Below are positions 10,671 to 23,639 of a stretch of DNA of 64,000 nucleotides, one piece after another. Under the pieces are notes generated by a model, which was not told where the DNA came from, did not search any database, and was given only the letters and a program-made list of their open reading frames with translations. The position numbers were made by a program, and so were the translations under genes. Every line of letters starts with the position of its first letter. Position 1 is the stretch's first letter. Source of the stretch: Lophium mytilinum (taxonomy: Eukaryota); contig MU004197.1 in assembly GCA_010093605.1 (NCBI GenBank), positions 1,116,001-1,180,000 of the forward strand. Reading direction: 5' to 3'.

Positions 10671-10998
10671 CCTTCCAACTATTACAGGCGGTTACATAAA
10701 TGCAATATACAAGTCTCCTGTCCAACCTTCCTCTCAAGCTCAAGTCTAGAAGTCTCCAGAGGCGCCGTGAAGGAGAAGTGAATCCCCTTTGCATGCTAAA
10801 TAATCTAGCACAGGCTTACCCATATCTTATGAACGAATCATACGTCTCCAACGTCGAATGACGCCGTGCGCCGTGCCTGTAACTTTAGCTCCGTCTTTGA
10901 ACCTCGCTCCCCATTCCCGAACCTCCCTCTGCGCACGTCCACCTCGCGACTACTCCCACCCCCAAAGTACTTCGACAGGTGCGATCCCAACCTTCATC

Positions 10999-13218
10999 AT
11001 GAGTGACAGCGAACTCTCTTCTGTTTTATCTTCTCCGCCGTCGTCGGACCACGAGATGGCGCAGCCCACACCGCCCACCAAGTCCACCAAGAAATCATCC
11101 TCGAAGAAGAACGGCACCATGCTCAGCTTCGTGGAGTCCTCGCCACCAAGGAAGAAGCGCGCGCCCTCTCCAGCTCATGAAGAGGTCCTATCAGACAATC
11201 CTGACATTGCTGTAAGTCGTCGTCGCGTAAATCACGTCGTCGTCAACGCGATTTCACGTCCTTCCCTCAGATGCGCAGCGGGCTAATAGAATTATCCATA
11301 GTTCATTGTAATGTTCAGATCACGATTCAGCGACGTTTTCCCTACAAAACTACAGAACCTAGGACCACAGGATATTGAACGTGGCGTGGTCGACCCATTG
11401 CCCTCTCCCCAAGTCGAGAGTCTCCTTTGCGCCCTCCTCGGCCTCGTCCTCAATCGCAAGAAATATGTAGAGTCAGTAACCCAAACTCCTACTGCCCTAC
11501 CTAGCTGGATGAGGTCGCGTTACGGCTGGGAATCCGCTATGGCCGATCAAATTTGCTGACGTCTCTTGAATCTCACAGGAGAGGCCACTATGGTCGGGCA
11601 CTCGAAGAAGCCGTCCAGACCCAGAAGTCGCAATGGCCACGCGCTTGGAACGGTATAAACCCACTTCATGGAGGTCGTACATTCAACACCATGTCCCCAG
11701 AAGACCGAGTACGTCGCGCACACACTATTCATCGCTCCACAGACTTTGCTGACCTCTTCACCAGCTCACCCTACTCAAGACCCTTGTCCTCTGGAGCTTG
11801 CATGAATCAGAAGCAGTCAATGGTATGATCAAAGAATCATACAAGCAGGCTCGCCACGATGGCGACGAGAACCAGCCCCTCTCCGTCCAACCCTGGGGCC
11901 GCGATGGAGACAAGCGCCGATACTGGCTGGTCGAAGGTCGAGATGATACCGCTTTTAGAGTATACAGGGAAAGCAACCCAGTTCTAAAACACAATACCTG
12001 GTGGAGTGTGGCCGGCACTATCGATGAGCTGCGGGTTCTCTCGGACAAGCTCAAAGACGAGGATGGCACACAAGCTGCCAGGCGGTTGAGCGAGCGCATC
12101 ATCAATGCCATACCTCGTTTCGAAGCTACTGATGAGGTAAGTGCTACTTGTCTATCTAACGGCAACTGATGCTAATTATGCGGTAGAAGCGCAAGCGTCG
12201 CGAATACCGAATGAACCGAAAGGCCCAATTCAGCCGCCCCGAACCAGGTTTCTCACTCTACGAAGGCAGGACTCGTGGAAAGCGCATGAGGTATACCTTC
12301 TCTGACGAAGAGGATGAGGACACCTCCGATGCAGGTTCTGCTCGGCGATCCACGCGACAGTCCGGACGAGGAACACCGGCTGCGCCCTCTGGCCCTACTG
12401 TTACTGCCAGTGGCCGTCACGTTCGGTCTCGACTAGGAGGAGTATACGGAGAATCTCTGCTGAGCGGACAAACTACTACCGAGCGAGCATCACCAGCGAC
12501 TGGGGAGTATGAGCGATCTGATGCGTCGGAAGAACCTCACCCAGCACATGGTCGATCTACTCGTGCCGCAGCGAACGCCAAGCCAGCCAATGGAAGGTCG
12601 AAGATACGCAAGCATATTGAGGGATACAACTCTATTGACGAAATTGACGACGAAGATGATGCCTCATCATCTGGTGGGGAGTGGGATGGCGGAGACGAGG
12701 AAGACGAGGTCGATCGAATGGATGTTGACGAAGAGGACGATACCGCTTCCAGCGAGGAAGACATCGAAGATGATGCTGAGCCAAAGCCAAGGTCCAGCCT
12801 GATCGTCAAGTTGCGATACCGCAATGCATCCAAGTCTCTGGAAGTCAAGCCGGCTCAGCCTCTCCAGGACTCAATAGCCGTCCAGCCAAGGACAGCCAGC
12901 ACTCCTCCCAAAGTAGAGCCAATCCCTAACGGTGTCGCTGGTTCCATTCAAGTCACACGGCAGCCAGTCCAGGCTGCTCCACAAGCAGCACCTCCGGTTG
13001 TGGCTAATGGTGTCGCGGTTCATCATGCTCCCGACGCAACTCCGCCGCAGCCCGCACAACCGGCAACTGTTTTGCCACCATTCTCAGTTCCGGCAGACGC
13101 ACCTTTGAAGCAGTATCCTCAGGTCATGAATGTCCCCATTACTTCACACGAACCCTCCCAAGCGTTCCAGACCACTATTTTACCCCCAAATCCCACCACT
13201 GCCTATGGCTGGCAGTGA
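10999..13218 (+). CDS. WHIM1/WSD-domain chromatin protein (ISWI-associated, Ioc3-like), several introns
   Basis: FIVMFRSRFSDVFP..LGPQDIERGV..LLCALLGLVLNRKK, FNTMSPEDR|LTLLKTLVLWSL (WHIM1-like), PWGRDGDKRRYW (WHIM2/WSD-like), then acidic and Pro-rich tail. Confidence 0.8.
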
Positions 13219-14469
13219 TCGATCAAACGATATGTTGTCATAATTTACCGGGGTCATGTACTTGAGGCGTCTTTCATCGAAACGAACAAGACGTCTCTAT
13301 CAAACTAGGACTGCTACCTTATCAGCTGTTGGCTTCGACTTGCAGTCATGACAGCTACTGCTTTCGGCATAACCTCTCTTCAGGATATCCGAAGCTACTA
13401 TTGTCCCTTTCCAACATTGCCTCCTTTTTTTCTTGTATTACCTTGCGCTCTAGAGTCTTATGCGGGCTGGGCTGGGAGCGTAACATGCTCGTGCGCAGCT
13501 TCTTGAACCTCGTAGTGTAGACACTGGGGCGTTCTGAAATACACTTGATATCTACCTTAGGCTCTAAGAAACACTATATCTCATATGCTCATGTGTTTTG
13601 AATATATGCGATTGCAATTCATCGTGACTCTGTACGTATGATATCTGAGATGCTTTTGCATAGCCTGCTGCAATTGTTCAAACTCTAGGTGTTATGTGCC
13701 ATCGACAAAGGGTGGAATCGATTGTAAAGCTTGCTTTAACAACAATATAGAGGCGTGTAAATGATGTAGGTAGTAGGACAAGAAAAGCCAGCGTCTATGA
13801 CTTTCTTCCAGTACAATACGACGCCGCACGGATGTGATACTGCTTGAGCTTCGCACTTGCTCGGTCGACACAGCTTTGGCGAGCAGCCCAGCTAGACGAC
13901 GACCACTTAGTCATGAGGAAGTTCAAGATGTTAACATTGAAACACACGCAATAAGCAATGTCATAAATGCAACCGCTCGATTTGCTAGCCTAAAGTACAG
14001 CGCAAGAGATCACACCCCAGCAGCCTCTTCCGCAAGATCGGCCGCCCCCTACGCTCTCGCCGCCATCCTGCAACCCGCCAGGAGTAACACATTAAGCCCC
14101 AACCCAGCGCCCCGAAAAGGCCTCCGAAAGCAAGTCCAAACACCGCTTCTTCGTACGCCGCATGCAGCGTGGCCGACCTAGCCAAAGCCGAAAGGGAAAT
14201 ATGGTGATGAGAGAAAGGGGGGGTGGATAAGAAGGGGTGGCTAAATGCCATCGCAATGATCTAGCACGTTCTTTCAATCTTTGATTGCTCAATAGGGTTA
14301 CAAGAAAATGAAGGAAGCCAAGCCGAAGCCGGAGGGGAGCAAAATCAAAGCAGAGCCAAAGTCGAGCTGCTGTCACAAGACCGATGTTTCCTCCATGTTC
14401 ATCGTGAGAAAGTGGGAATCTTAATGCCGAACTATTGTTGCTTGAAATGAATAGAATAGTCTATGTGGA

Positions 14470-17400
14470 TCATCCTGTAGAACGTTAGTTGTCATGAACA
14501 ATCCGCAACCTGACCCGCAAACTTACTGCCAGAAGTGGAAGCCAAGGGCGTGCCGACACTCGAGATAGGAGCAGTGGATCTACCATCTGCCATCGAGGAC
14601 CCGGCGTTCTCAAAATCTTGGAGATGAGGATGCATTTCTGTTTCGTCCCTCAGGCGGTCGATACAGGTTTGCTACCGTAAAGTTAGTCAGACGATTGGAC
14701 GACTTTCCCAATGATAAGAACAAACCTCAATCAAATTCGCATCCTTGTAAAGGATACTCTCGTCGTCGTTGTACGTTCGGCAGTTGTTGCAGAGAGCCCG
14801 AATATCTGATAAGAACTGCCTCAGACTCTGATATTCCTTCTTGTTGATCTTCTTCTTGATCTGGTTCATGCAAATCGGGTTCTTTATGATCTGATAATAA
14901 TCCGGATAATCGTACTTGTCCGGCAGCTCGATGAACGGATCGATGATACCCCGGTTTGGAATATCGTCGTCGTTGGACTCTTCTTCGAGATCATTCAGAG
15001 ATTCGTAGACGGCATTCAGAATGCGCTGGTGAGTCTCGCGGTCCTCCTTACTGAGTGTCTCCTGAACTTTGTTTGGTGTCGGACGGCCACGCTTTCGTGG
15101 CGCTGGGTCTTCGTCCAGTGATGCTTCGTCGGCCTTCCGCTTCTCAGCAGCCTTTGGTTTGCGGCCACGCTTCTTCGGTGCGGGCGACTCAGAGCTTTCA
15201 CGAGACGGAGCAGGAGAGTCATCTTCTCCAAAGTCGCCGGTCCGCCTTACCTTATTCGCGTTACGCTTCGCAATCTTCGCCTCTTTACGAGCCATAGCAG
15301 CTTCAATGGTGTCCTCATCGTTGTCGACAGCCTCGAGCCATTGTTCCTCTGTGAGGCCGTCATCGTACTTGACCCGCGTCCGCTCGCGCGCCCCACGACC
15401 GCGGGTCTCTTCAATCTCTTCAACGACAGGGTTGTCCTCCGACATGTACAGTTCTGGCAGCTCGGACTCGCCAAGAAGACGAGGGTACTTCCTGTTGGGG
15501 CCGTACTCGTCATTCTTCTCGCGATCACGATCCATTTGCCCGAAGATCTCAAGCTCCTTCTCCGAGCGCATCATGATCACATTCAAGTCGTCATCGTCCA
15601 TTTCGGCCTGTTCCAATTGTTCCGCAGCCTCAGCAGACTCCAACATGATCCTGAGCATGGCGTCACGTTCCTCGTTTGTAGACTTGTTGTCGAATTTACC
15701 GGCTTGGATGACCTTTCCGTCCATATCGAGCTTGTAGTTAGCACGCTCCAGGATTTTCTCTTCGACGGAATTGGAGCTGATAAGTCGCAAAATGCGAACT
15801 TCGTTCTTTTGACCAATGCGATGAGCTCGATCCTGAGCCTGAAGATCCTGATGGGGATTCCAATCCGAGTCGTAGATAATGACTGTATCTGCAGTTTGGA
15901 GATTGAGGCCTAGGCCGCCGGCGCGCGTTGATAGCAGGAAACAAAAGTAGGGCGAGTCGGGTGCGTTGAATTTTCGAAGCAGTTCAGACCGATCATCCGA
16001 TTTCGTGGAACCGTCAAGTCGTAGGTACGCCATCCCTCTTAGGCGCAGGAAATCCTCCATGATGTTCATGATTTGAGTCATCTGGAAGAACATGAGGACA
16101 CGATGCCCAGTGGCTTGAAATTTGGGAAGGACCCGGTCAAGTAGCTCGAACTTTCCAGCTGTCCGCCAAAGGAGGTCGTTGGAAATTTTCCCTGGGTTCA
16201 TCTGCTCTTCAACTTCTTCAAAGACGAAGGGGTGATTGCACAGCTTCCGCAGTTGCATCAGCATATTGCTCAAGCCCCTCATACCAGTCTTTCCTCCCTT
16301 GCCGTCGCTAACTATAAGCCTGTTGTGATTGACGAGTTGCTTGTACAGCTTGGCTTGAAGTGCTGAAAAATTGCACTTCACGACTCGCTCCGTCTTGTCG
16401 GGCAGGTCTTTCTCGACATCCTTCTTGAGGCGACGGAGGAGGAAAGGCCGAAGAACCTTATGCAACCGGCGAATGACGAGCAGCTGTTCTTCTTCGGTAA
16501 GCTCCATCTTATCCTGTCCACCTGTATTTGCAAAAGGGGTATTGAACCATTCATCGAACGATTTGACAGACTTGAAGATGGTAGGTAGAACGAAGTTAAG
16601 AAGTGCCCACAGCTCTGGGAGGTTGTTTTGGAGAGGGGTTCCTGTGAGAATGATGCGATATCGGGTGGTGTAGTATTGCGTGATAGTAACGCTGAGTTTC
16701 GAGCCGGCATTCTTCATGCGATGGCCCTCGTCCACAATCATGTGTAGCCACTTGACTTTGCTGAGTACAGGACGGTCCTTGATAATGAATTCATAAGTCG
16801 TCAGAAGTACTTGGAATTGCCCCCAGCGGATTTGTTGCTGTTGCTGCTTCCGGGCGTTGGGAGGGCCTTTGTAGACAATCTTCTGGACACTCGGAGCCCA
16901 CTTGTCAAACTCGTTGTTCCAATTTGTCAAGGTGCTGAGTGGGACGATGACTAGGAAAGGGCCTTGCTGCTGCTTCTTCTCGATAAGATATGTGATCAAG
17001 CTAATAGTCTGGATAGTCTTGCCGAGACCCATTTCATCAGCCAAGATGCCGTTGAGGTTGTTGTTGTACAGCGATATCATCCACTGCAATCCCTTGACCT
17101 GGTATTCTTTTAGAGTACCGCCGACGAGATTCGATGACTGTCCGGTAACTTCTTCTTTGATGCGATGCGCGATTTCATAGTAGTCGGTTTTTGCCACCCG
17201 CTTACTACTTCCATCTTCATCCATGGAATCATCCTCACTGCTCTCAGATTCTTCGGCAGGACGACCTCTATCGCCGTACCGATCCATAGCACTCCGCTGT
17301 TGCGCTTTGACGGAATCGGAAAGTTGTTTCAGGAAACCATCTGTTTGCTTCAACAGATGTGAAATACGAGTGTCCTTTGCCTGACCGAGCAGCTTCAGGT

Positions 17401-18890
17401 ACGTCTCTTCGTCGTTAGCCTTGAGCGCTTGCAGACGCTGTTTGGCGGTACGTTCAACGCGCTTCTGTTCTTCCTTTTCGATGTTCTGGTGCGTCTGTAT
17501 CATGGTCCTACCAAGCTTCTGCATTCGTTGGCGTTGAGCATATGCAGCCTTCTGGATGTCTTCTTGGTGGGTGGTGATGGACTTGAGGAAGTCGATGTGC
17601 TTCTTCTTCTCCTTGGTTTCCCGAGCGTCGCGCTGTTGCTTCTCGAGCTTCTCGGTAATGCGAGCCTCTCGAAGGGATTGCTTCTTGATTCGGCGGTATT
17701 GGGCACGGTTCGCCGTCATTGCTAAATTGTCAGACTGGACCATTTCCCTACTGATGACGTTTCGAAGGGATCGTTGCTTCTGGAGGAGGCACAGCGCCTT
17801 GTACTCGATGAGTGCCCTGAGCTTAAGATTGCCGTTCTCAGCTGGAACGTCCGACTTGCTCGTGTCCCATGTGCCAATGTTTGCAGGTAGTTTTTCTAAT
17901 TGTGCCTTTCTTGAGAGAACCCTATTGTAAACAATGTTCTCACGTTCTTCGCGCACCTTGTCGACGTCAACTCCAATTGGCATTATAGACGGTAGCAGAT
18001 GGCGCTTGTCACGGAAGGAATGGTCGACGTAGTTGACGGGATCGCTGATGTGCTTCCAAGGTGATGCGAAAGTCTCATAGCCTTTGTGGCTATTCGAGTC
18101 AGATTGATCAGTGTTGGCTTCTGTGCCAGCAACACTTGCTGCCTTGGTCGCATCGTCAAGCGCTTGGCTGGCGGCAGCAACCGCTTCCGTTGGCGTCGGC
18201 GGCTTCTTGGATTGATGTGAGGCGAACAAAGTCTGCTGCATGTTGGGAGGGAGTGGCAGGCCTTTCGATAAGCGCTTGAAGGCGGCAATCTGGTTTCGCA
18301 GGACTAAGAGTTGCTCCTGGTTGAACGGGCTCATACCAGGGCCAGTCACCGATGTAGGCGTCTTTCCTTGTCCGGAACCCGCAGCTTGACCTTGAGTAGA
18401 TACCTGGATAGCGCCTGGGGGAGCCGCAGACACAGCTGTGCCCGAGGTGAGTGGGCCCTCACTCGTTGTGCCCGGAGCAGCCTTTGCGCCATTGGTCATG
18501 GCGGCTACCCCATTCCCATTTTGTTGCTGGGTATGGTTCTGCTGGGCTTGCTGCAGCTGCTGGTTCTGTTGCATGCGCGACTGCATTTGTTGTTTATACA
18601 TGGTGTTCTGTCGCTGGACAGCCTGGAGGAGGGCCCGGGCTTTGCGAAACTCGGGGTCGTCCTCGGGAACGCCTTGCTCTTTCAGCTGTTGGTACTTCTG
18701 TGGTGGTGTTAGCAATCTTTGCGACGCGCGGTTGCGTTGAGTGAATCAGCAAGCAAGTTAAGGGTGGGGGACTTCTTACCACATAGGCAGCCTGGACATG
18801 CTCCTTGGTGAGGCCGGCAGGAAGAGTAGTGGACGCGAGCCCCATGCGTTCCTGGGGGGCAAACCCCGGGGCAGCCTGTACGGAAGCCAT
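14470..18890 (-). CDS. SNF2: SWI/SNF-RSC chromatin-remodelling ATPase (Snf2/Sth1/Snf21)
   Basis: QLQ (QEQLLVLRNQIAAFKRL), HSA, ILADEMGLGKT, DEGH, LLSTRAGGLGLNL, QAQDRAHRIGQ, SnAC, AT-hook-like KRGRKPK/RKRGRP, bromodomain DYPDYYQIIKNPICM. One 5' and two 3' introns inferred. Confidence 0.97.
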
Positions 18891-20111
18891 GGTCAAGAAT
18901 AGTGAATGATAGTGTCGTGCAACGCGTAGCGCGGCCGACGGGGGGGTGATGCTAGCGGCGCAACAGGAGTGAGGGAGGAAAATCGCACGCGCAGGCGACT
19001 GCTAGGAACAGGGTGGGTAGTGAAAGGGCGCGCGGGGTGGCTGTTCAGAGCATCCTCGTGCGGCGTGGGTGCCGGTGCAGAGCGTCCGTCAACGAGAGTG
19101 ATGGACAAGACCGGGGGGGCTCCTGTGGTCGATGTCGCGCGGGTTGGGGATGATGGAATTGGGCCCAGGCAACAATGGGGCGGCGCAGGAGAGGAGGGAG
19201 GGCACGCGGGGGGAGGCGGCGGTTCACGCGTCGTGGGAAACGTGTTATGCGGCGGAGATAAGATGGATGCGGGCTTGGGAGGTGTTGTGGTCGGCCTGGG
19301 AGGGTCGGCGTAGAGAGGCGAGCGTGATGAGAAGTGGACGGCTGGAGTTCTCAGCAGGAAATACGCTAGGGGGGTCACGTGCACGCTAGCTTCCTCTGGA
19401 AGCCCGCCAATCAAGCGGCTGCGATGCTCGGGAATGCTCTCGGGGCAGTGAATGCCGTGAAGCAGTTTTGTAGCATGCTACGCGCAGGGCCAGAGATTGA
19501 TGCTCTTGTCCAAACTCCCCTTGGTTTGCTCACCCCTATTTGGACGAGACATCTACGAGCCCTTCAGCAAGTCAACCCGCTGGTTTATTATTAGAATCTA
19601 ACGGAACTTTTACTTCTGCAGTGCGTTAGATCCCTCGGCGTCTTTTCTCCCCTGTTCAGGCATCTGCTAGGTTTCAAGATGGGTAAACTCTACGTAGAAT
19701 GTTGGTTTACACAACGTTACCACCGAGACTCAAAAGTCTGTGTCGTCAAAACCGCATTGGAGCGGAATGCCGACTTTCCCTAGCATACCGGAGTGCGCTC
19801 AAGAACAGCTCATGGAGAACTAGTGGCTTTATCTAATAATACTAGCTATTTTGTATCGAGCGGGCCTCGAAACCAATCCTGGTAGAAATCTATAAGTCAA
19901 GCAACGATACTCACCCCAACTATTAATATGCAGGTGAACAAAAGGGAACTAGAACTAAACAATCATGCAAAAATCGACTTACTCATACATCATAACACGC
20001 GAGCTCGGACAAAAATCTATTAACGAAGACATTTTCACGCAGTGCCGTTGTTGAACGACTGAAAGCCCCATGAGTCCTAGTGTCGCACCCAGGTCAGTCA
20101 CGATCTGCTGC

Positions 20112-22535
20112 TCAAGTACATCCATACTGGCTGTAGTAACTTACGCGCTGCTGCAACGGCGGATTCTGCTCATTAGCCCCGCCAGCCAGCCAGTCGTTCT
20201 CAATGCCAGAATCTGCGGGTACGAATATGGCTCCAGTATCTGTCGACGGCATGGCTGGCAGGAAGTCTTCGTAGGTATCCGTCGTTGCTACGTTGCCAAA
20301 ACCTTGCAGTAGCGAGTCGAGATCTACATCGAGGGCTCCCATAGGCGGATGTGGTTGCGAATTCATAGTTCCCAAACCAGAATCCGAGCCAAATTGATTT
20401 TGACTGTTTCCCTTGACCGCATTAGCTTGACCCTGTGCTGCTCTTCTCTTTTGCGCTCCCCGCATCCCGAAGAACACTTCCAGGTTCTCCTTGACAGCCC
20501 ACAAGATGTCCCCACACCGCTCTTGGACGCCTACACCATAGCAGTGGCCGAATACATGATCAATAATGGTGAACATTCGGTCCTTCTTTGCTAGATCAGG
20601 GGTGCGATACAGCTCACTCAATAGCAGTAGCACAGAATTGTATTGCTGGTATGAGCTTGCGTACCACGCCCAGGGGTTCAGTGACGGCAACGTCTCTAGC
20701 GTGGCGCCAGTTTCTAGAGTCATCAACGCAGCTGTGATCAGCACATCTCTGAGGCGATTTTCAGATTCCGTACGTGTATGCGTAGGATTCTGGGGCAAAT
20801 GACGGTACAGCAGCATGGAATCGCAACGCGATAGGAGGAGCGTAGCGACCAGACCCGCGCAGCGTTGGATCGGGACTTGCGGGTCAAGAAAGCGGAGGTA
20901 GTTGGAGTGTATCTGGCGCTTGTGAGACTCGACCTGGGCGCGGATGTCGTGTAGAGTGATGGCGTTGCGGTCCATTTCCGTGCGGCCTCGAAAAATAAGA
21001 CGATGGATCTCGTTGCATTCATAGCGAATAATAGAGAAAGTCGCATCAGTCCAGCCTTGGACGGAAACGGGATGCGGTTGCCACTTAGGAGTGCCGAACT
21101 CGAATGCATCGTCATCGACGTTTAACGGAAGCGATATGTCGAACTCGTCGGTTCGAATAGAGGGAAGAGGTCCTTGTGATTCTGCTGATTTGATGTCGAG
21201 AAAGCAGATTTGGTGCCACAACAGTGATCGAACATGACGTTGCAAAGGATTGAGAGACGTAGAAAGATTATGGCTAGCACGGTGGATACCGATGCATTGG
21301 GCGAGACGGATGAGGGCACCGACGAGGACGGATGTTGTACGAGAAACCTGAGCTCGACAGAGAGGCATCTAGATACTGTCAGTACTTCATCCTTCCAGCT
21401 CTAATTGACAGTGGATAATTCACTAAATATATGGTGAACGCTTGGAGAGTTCGGATGTTTGATGTCTTTGTCCAATTGGCTCTAATCAGAGCTTGCTCGG
21501 TAGCTATCTGCAATCTTCGAGCAAGATCTTCTTGTTCGAGTCCGAACTGTGTTTTCGATTGAAGTATTGTCAGGCTTGAAGCGGCCGCCATGCACACTGC
21601 CAGGATAAGTGCCATGGATGATACAGAATTTGGGTTTCCCAACTCAACGTTCACCCAGAAAGTATCGAACAGTCTCTTGAAAGACGGAATGTGTAACACA
21701 TGCGCAATGGGATTGACGGATTCAAGATAGATCTGGTACAAGGTCTCCGCTTCTACCCTAGTAGGAAGTCGAACATCGTTAGGGCTATCGGGTTGAGAGC
21801 GGGAAGCGGGAAGTCCTAAGAGTAACGAGAGAGATGGTGACGGACAAGGGACCTTTTGGGAAGACAGTAAAGCAGAAGACTCGGTGATAGTGTGGCTAAT
21901 GCCAGATGACGATTGCTTAGGACGATTTGAGAGGAGTCTCCCCAACTGGGAATTACTTAGTAAGAAAATGGAAAAGGCCGTATGGATGTCGTAGCACATT
22001 GAGGGAGGAATACCTCTTCTGCGTACTGGGGACGAAGAGGAGCCCCGACTCTATCGACGAGAACCATTCTTCCGATCTGCAGGTTGAATTCCGTGACATC
22101 CCAATCCTCGTCTTCGTCTTCGTAAACGCCATCATGCGCGGCTTCCAACTCTAATGGGAGTTTTGCCCAGGCGTCGTCATCTACATCAATATCTTGCTGA
22201 TAGGCCTCCCATTCGTAATCACGTGGAGGCGTGCCTGGCGTCGTAGTGGATCCGCTGGCATGATGCTCCGCGCTCGGGCCGGGTGAATCGTTCAGAGTGC
22301 GAAGTGGTAATGGTTGCGTCCAGTCCGCCGAGGATCTTGAAAGAGACTCCCGTGGCCTTCGGCGTTGGGTTTCTGGAATGGTTATGAAGACACAATTCCT
22401 CCCGAATGCGGTGCAATTCTGGCATGGCGACGTCTTAGAACAGCGCGACTTGCGTTGACGGCACTCAATGCAAGAATTGATTGGTCGTGGATTCCTCCGA
22501 CGGACGATGCGTGATTGCGTGACCTGGTCGGACAT
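20112..22535 (-). CDS. Zn(II)2Cys6 transcription factor with fungal middle-homology region
   Basis: CIECRQRKSRCSKTSPCQNCTAFGRNC binuclear cluster; YLESVNPIAHVLHIPSF, TLQAFTIYL, IRLAQCIGIHR, RSLLWHQICFLD across three exons. Confidence 0.92.
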
Positions 22536-23639
22536 GTCCAGGGGTCATTTTTGTTGCATCGTGCCTCTGTGGACGAAAGCGCTGGTGGTGGTCAGAAGGA
22601 TGAAAGACGAAGCGGCAGAGATTCCAAAGAGAGATCAGTCTCAACCACGTGATGGTAATAAGGCTGAGCCCGCGCGATTTTTAGTCGACACGGAACGGCG
22701 CCGATCCAACTCCAATCCGTGATAGCGTCGCAGCCGTCACCGGTGGGAAAAAGAACATAGCAGCGTCTGACAGATATTGGAGAACAGCACATACAAAGGG
22801 ACCTACATTTCTTTTTCTTTAGGATGACCTCACTCTAACTGCGCTGCCATTCTTGGGCGGACCGCAGAGTAGACGGTATCCAAGTCTGATACAAGGTTCC
22901 TGTCGCGACCCTGCAACTATCTTATCACAGGTTAGATGAACTGAAAGACTATTGCGGCTGAACGCTTGCAGAACATGTGAGTATGATGGCCTCAGCTACA
23001 CTCGAAATAATCGCCGACATCTCATATGCCATGTCCGTTGGGTTTTGGGTTCGACGGACAGACTGGATTTCCTAGATCTAGTAGGCCAGGAGCTGCTGTG
23101 TAACACAGTAGCCTTGTGAGTCAGATTTCGTCGTCAGTGGCTCCTTGAGTTGGTGTTTCTATCCCGCTGCCCAGGAGCGCTTGGTCCGCGGCCGGCAACC
23201 ACCAGGAGGAATTCATAAGTGAGACTAGTGGGTTAACAGTCAAACCGATGAGTATCATGGCCACAACTCATTTCAGATAATTTGACTGGACATCGCGAGG
23301 AGGACCGAAATGCAGGAGAAAGTTCCATCCAGAGTGGCACAAACTTCAACTTAGCGTGAAAAGCAAGCCTCTCACATCCAAATTGTATACAGTACACCGC
23401 TCTGACGCTGCGTGAGGTGGCCTCGAGGCTTCTTCGATTCTTCGAAATCATGGGATTCGGATTCTGACTGCAAAGGCTCGAGGTGACCCCACAGGCTGCA
23501 TAGGTCCGCAATACTGTGACGAGCTTAATGTGATTTGTGGCACAGGCTTAACGCAGCACCGCAAGTGGAGAAAAGACGAGGTCACTGGACACTCAGTCTC
23601 ATGCTTGGTGCAATATAATACATTGTTCTACAAGATGCA

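Noticed and set aside
9425..10820. Identification as telomerase RNA, RNase P/MRP, U3, snR30 or SRP RNA
   Set aside because: No TAACCCTAA template or ATAAGT 3'-processing site; no GGAAA(T/G)TC P4 strand; no U3 box A or C'; only partial snR30 m1/m2-like words; no CAGG-GNRA-AGCA helix 8. Only a covariance-model search can exclude divergent members.
14285..14305. TAACCCTA (8 of 9 telomerase-template match) on the - strand
   Set aside because: Lies in the SNF2 3' flank with no supporting structure; expected by chance.
15016..18744. Many antisense and alternative-frame ORFs over SNF2 (likewise over BDP1, BRE1, ORC2)
   Set aside because: Shadow ORFs caused by the codon bias of real genes.
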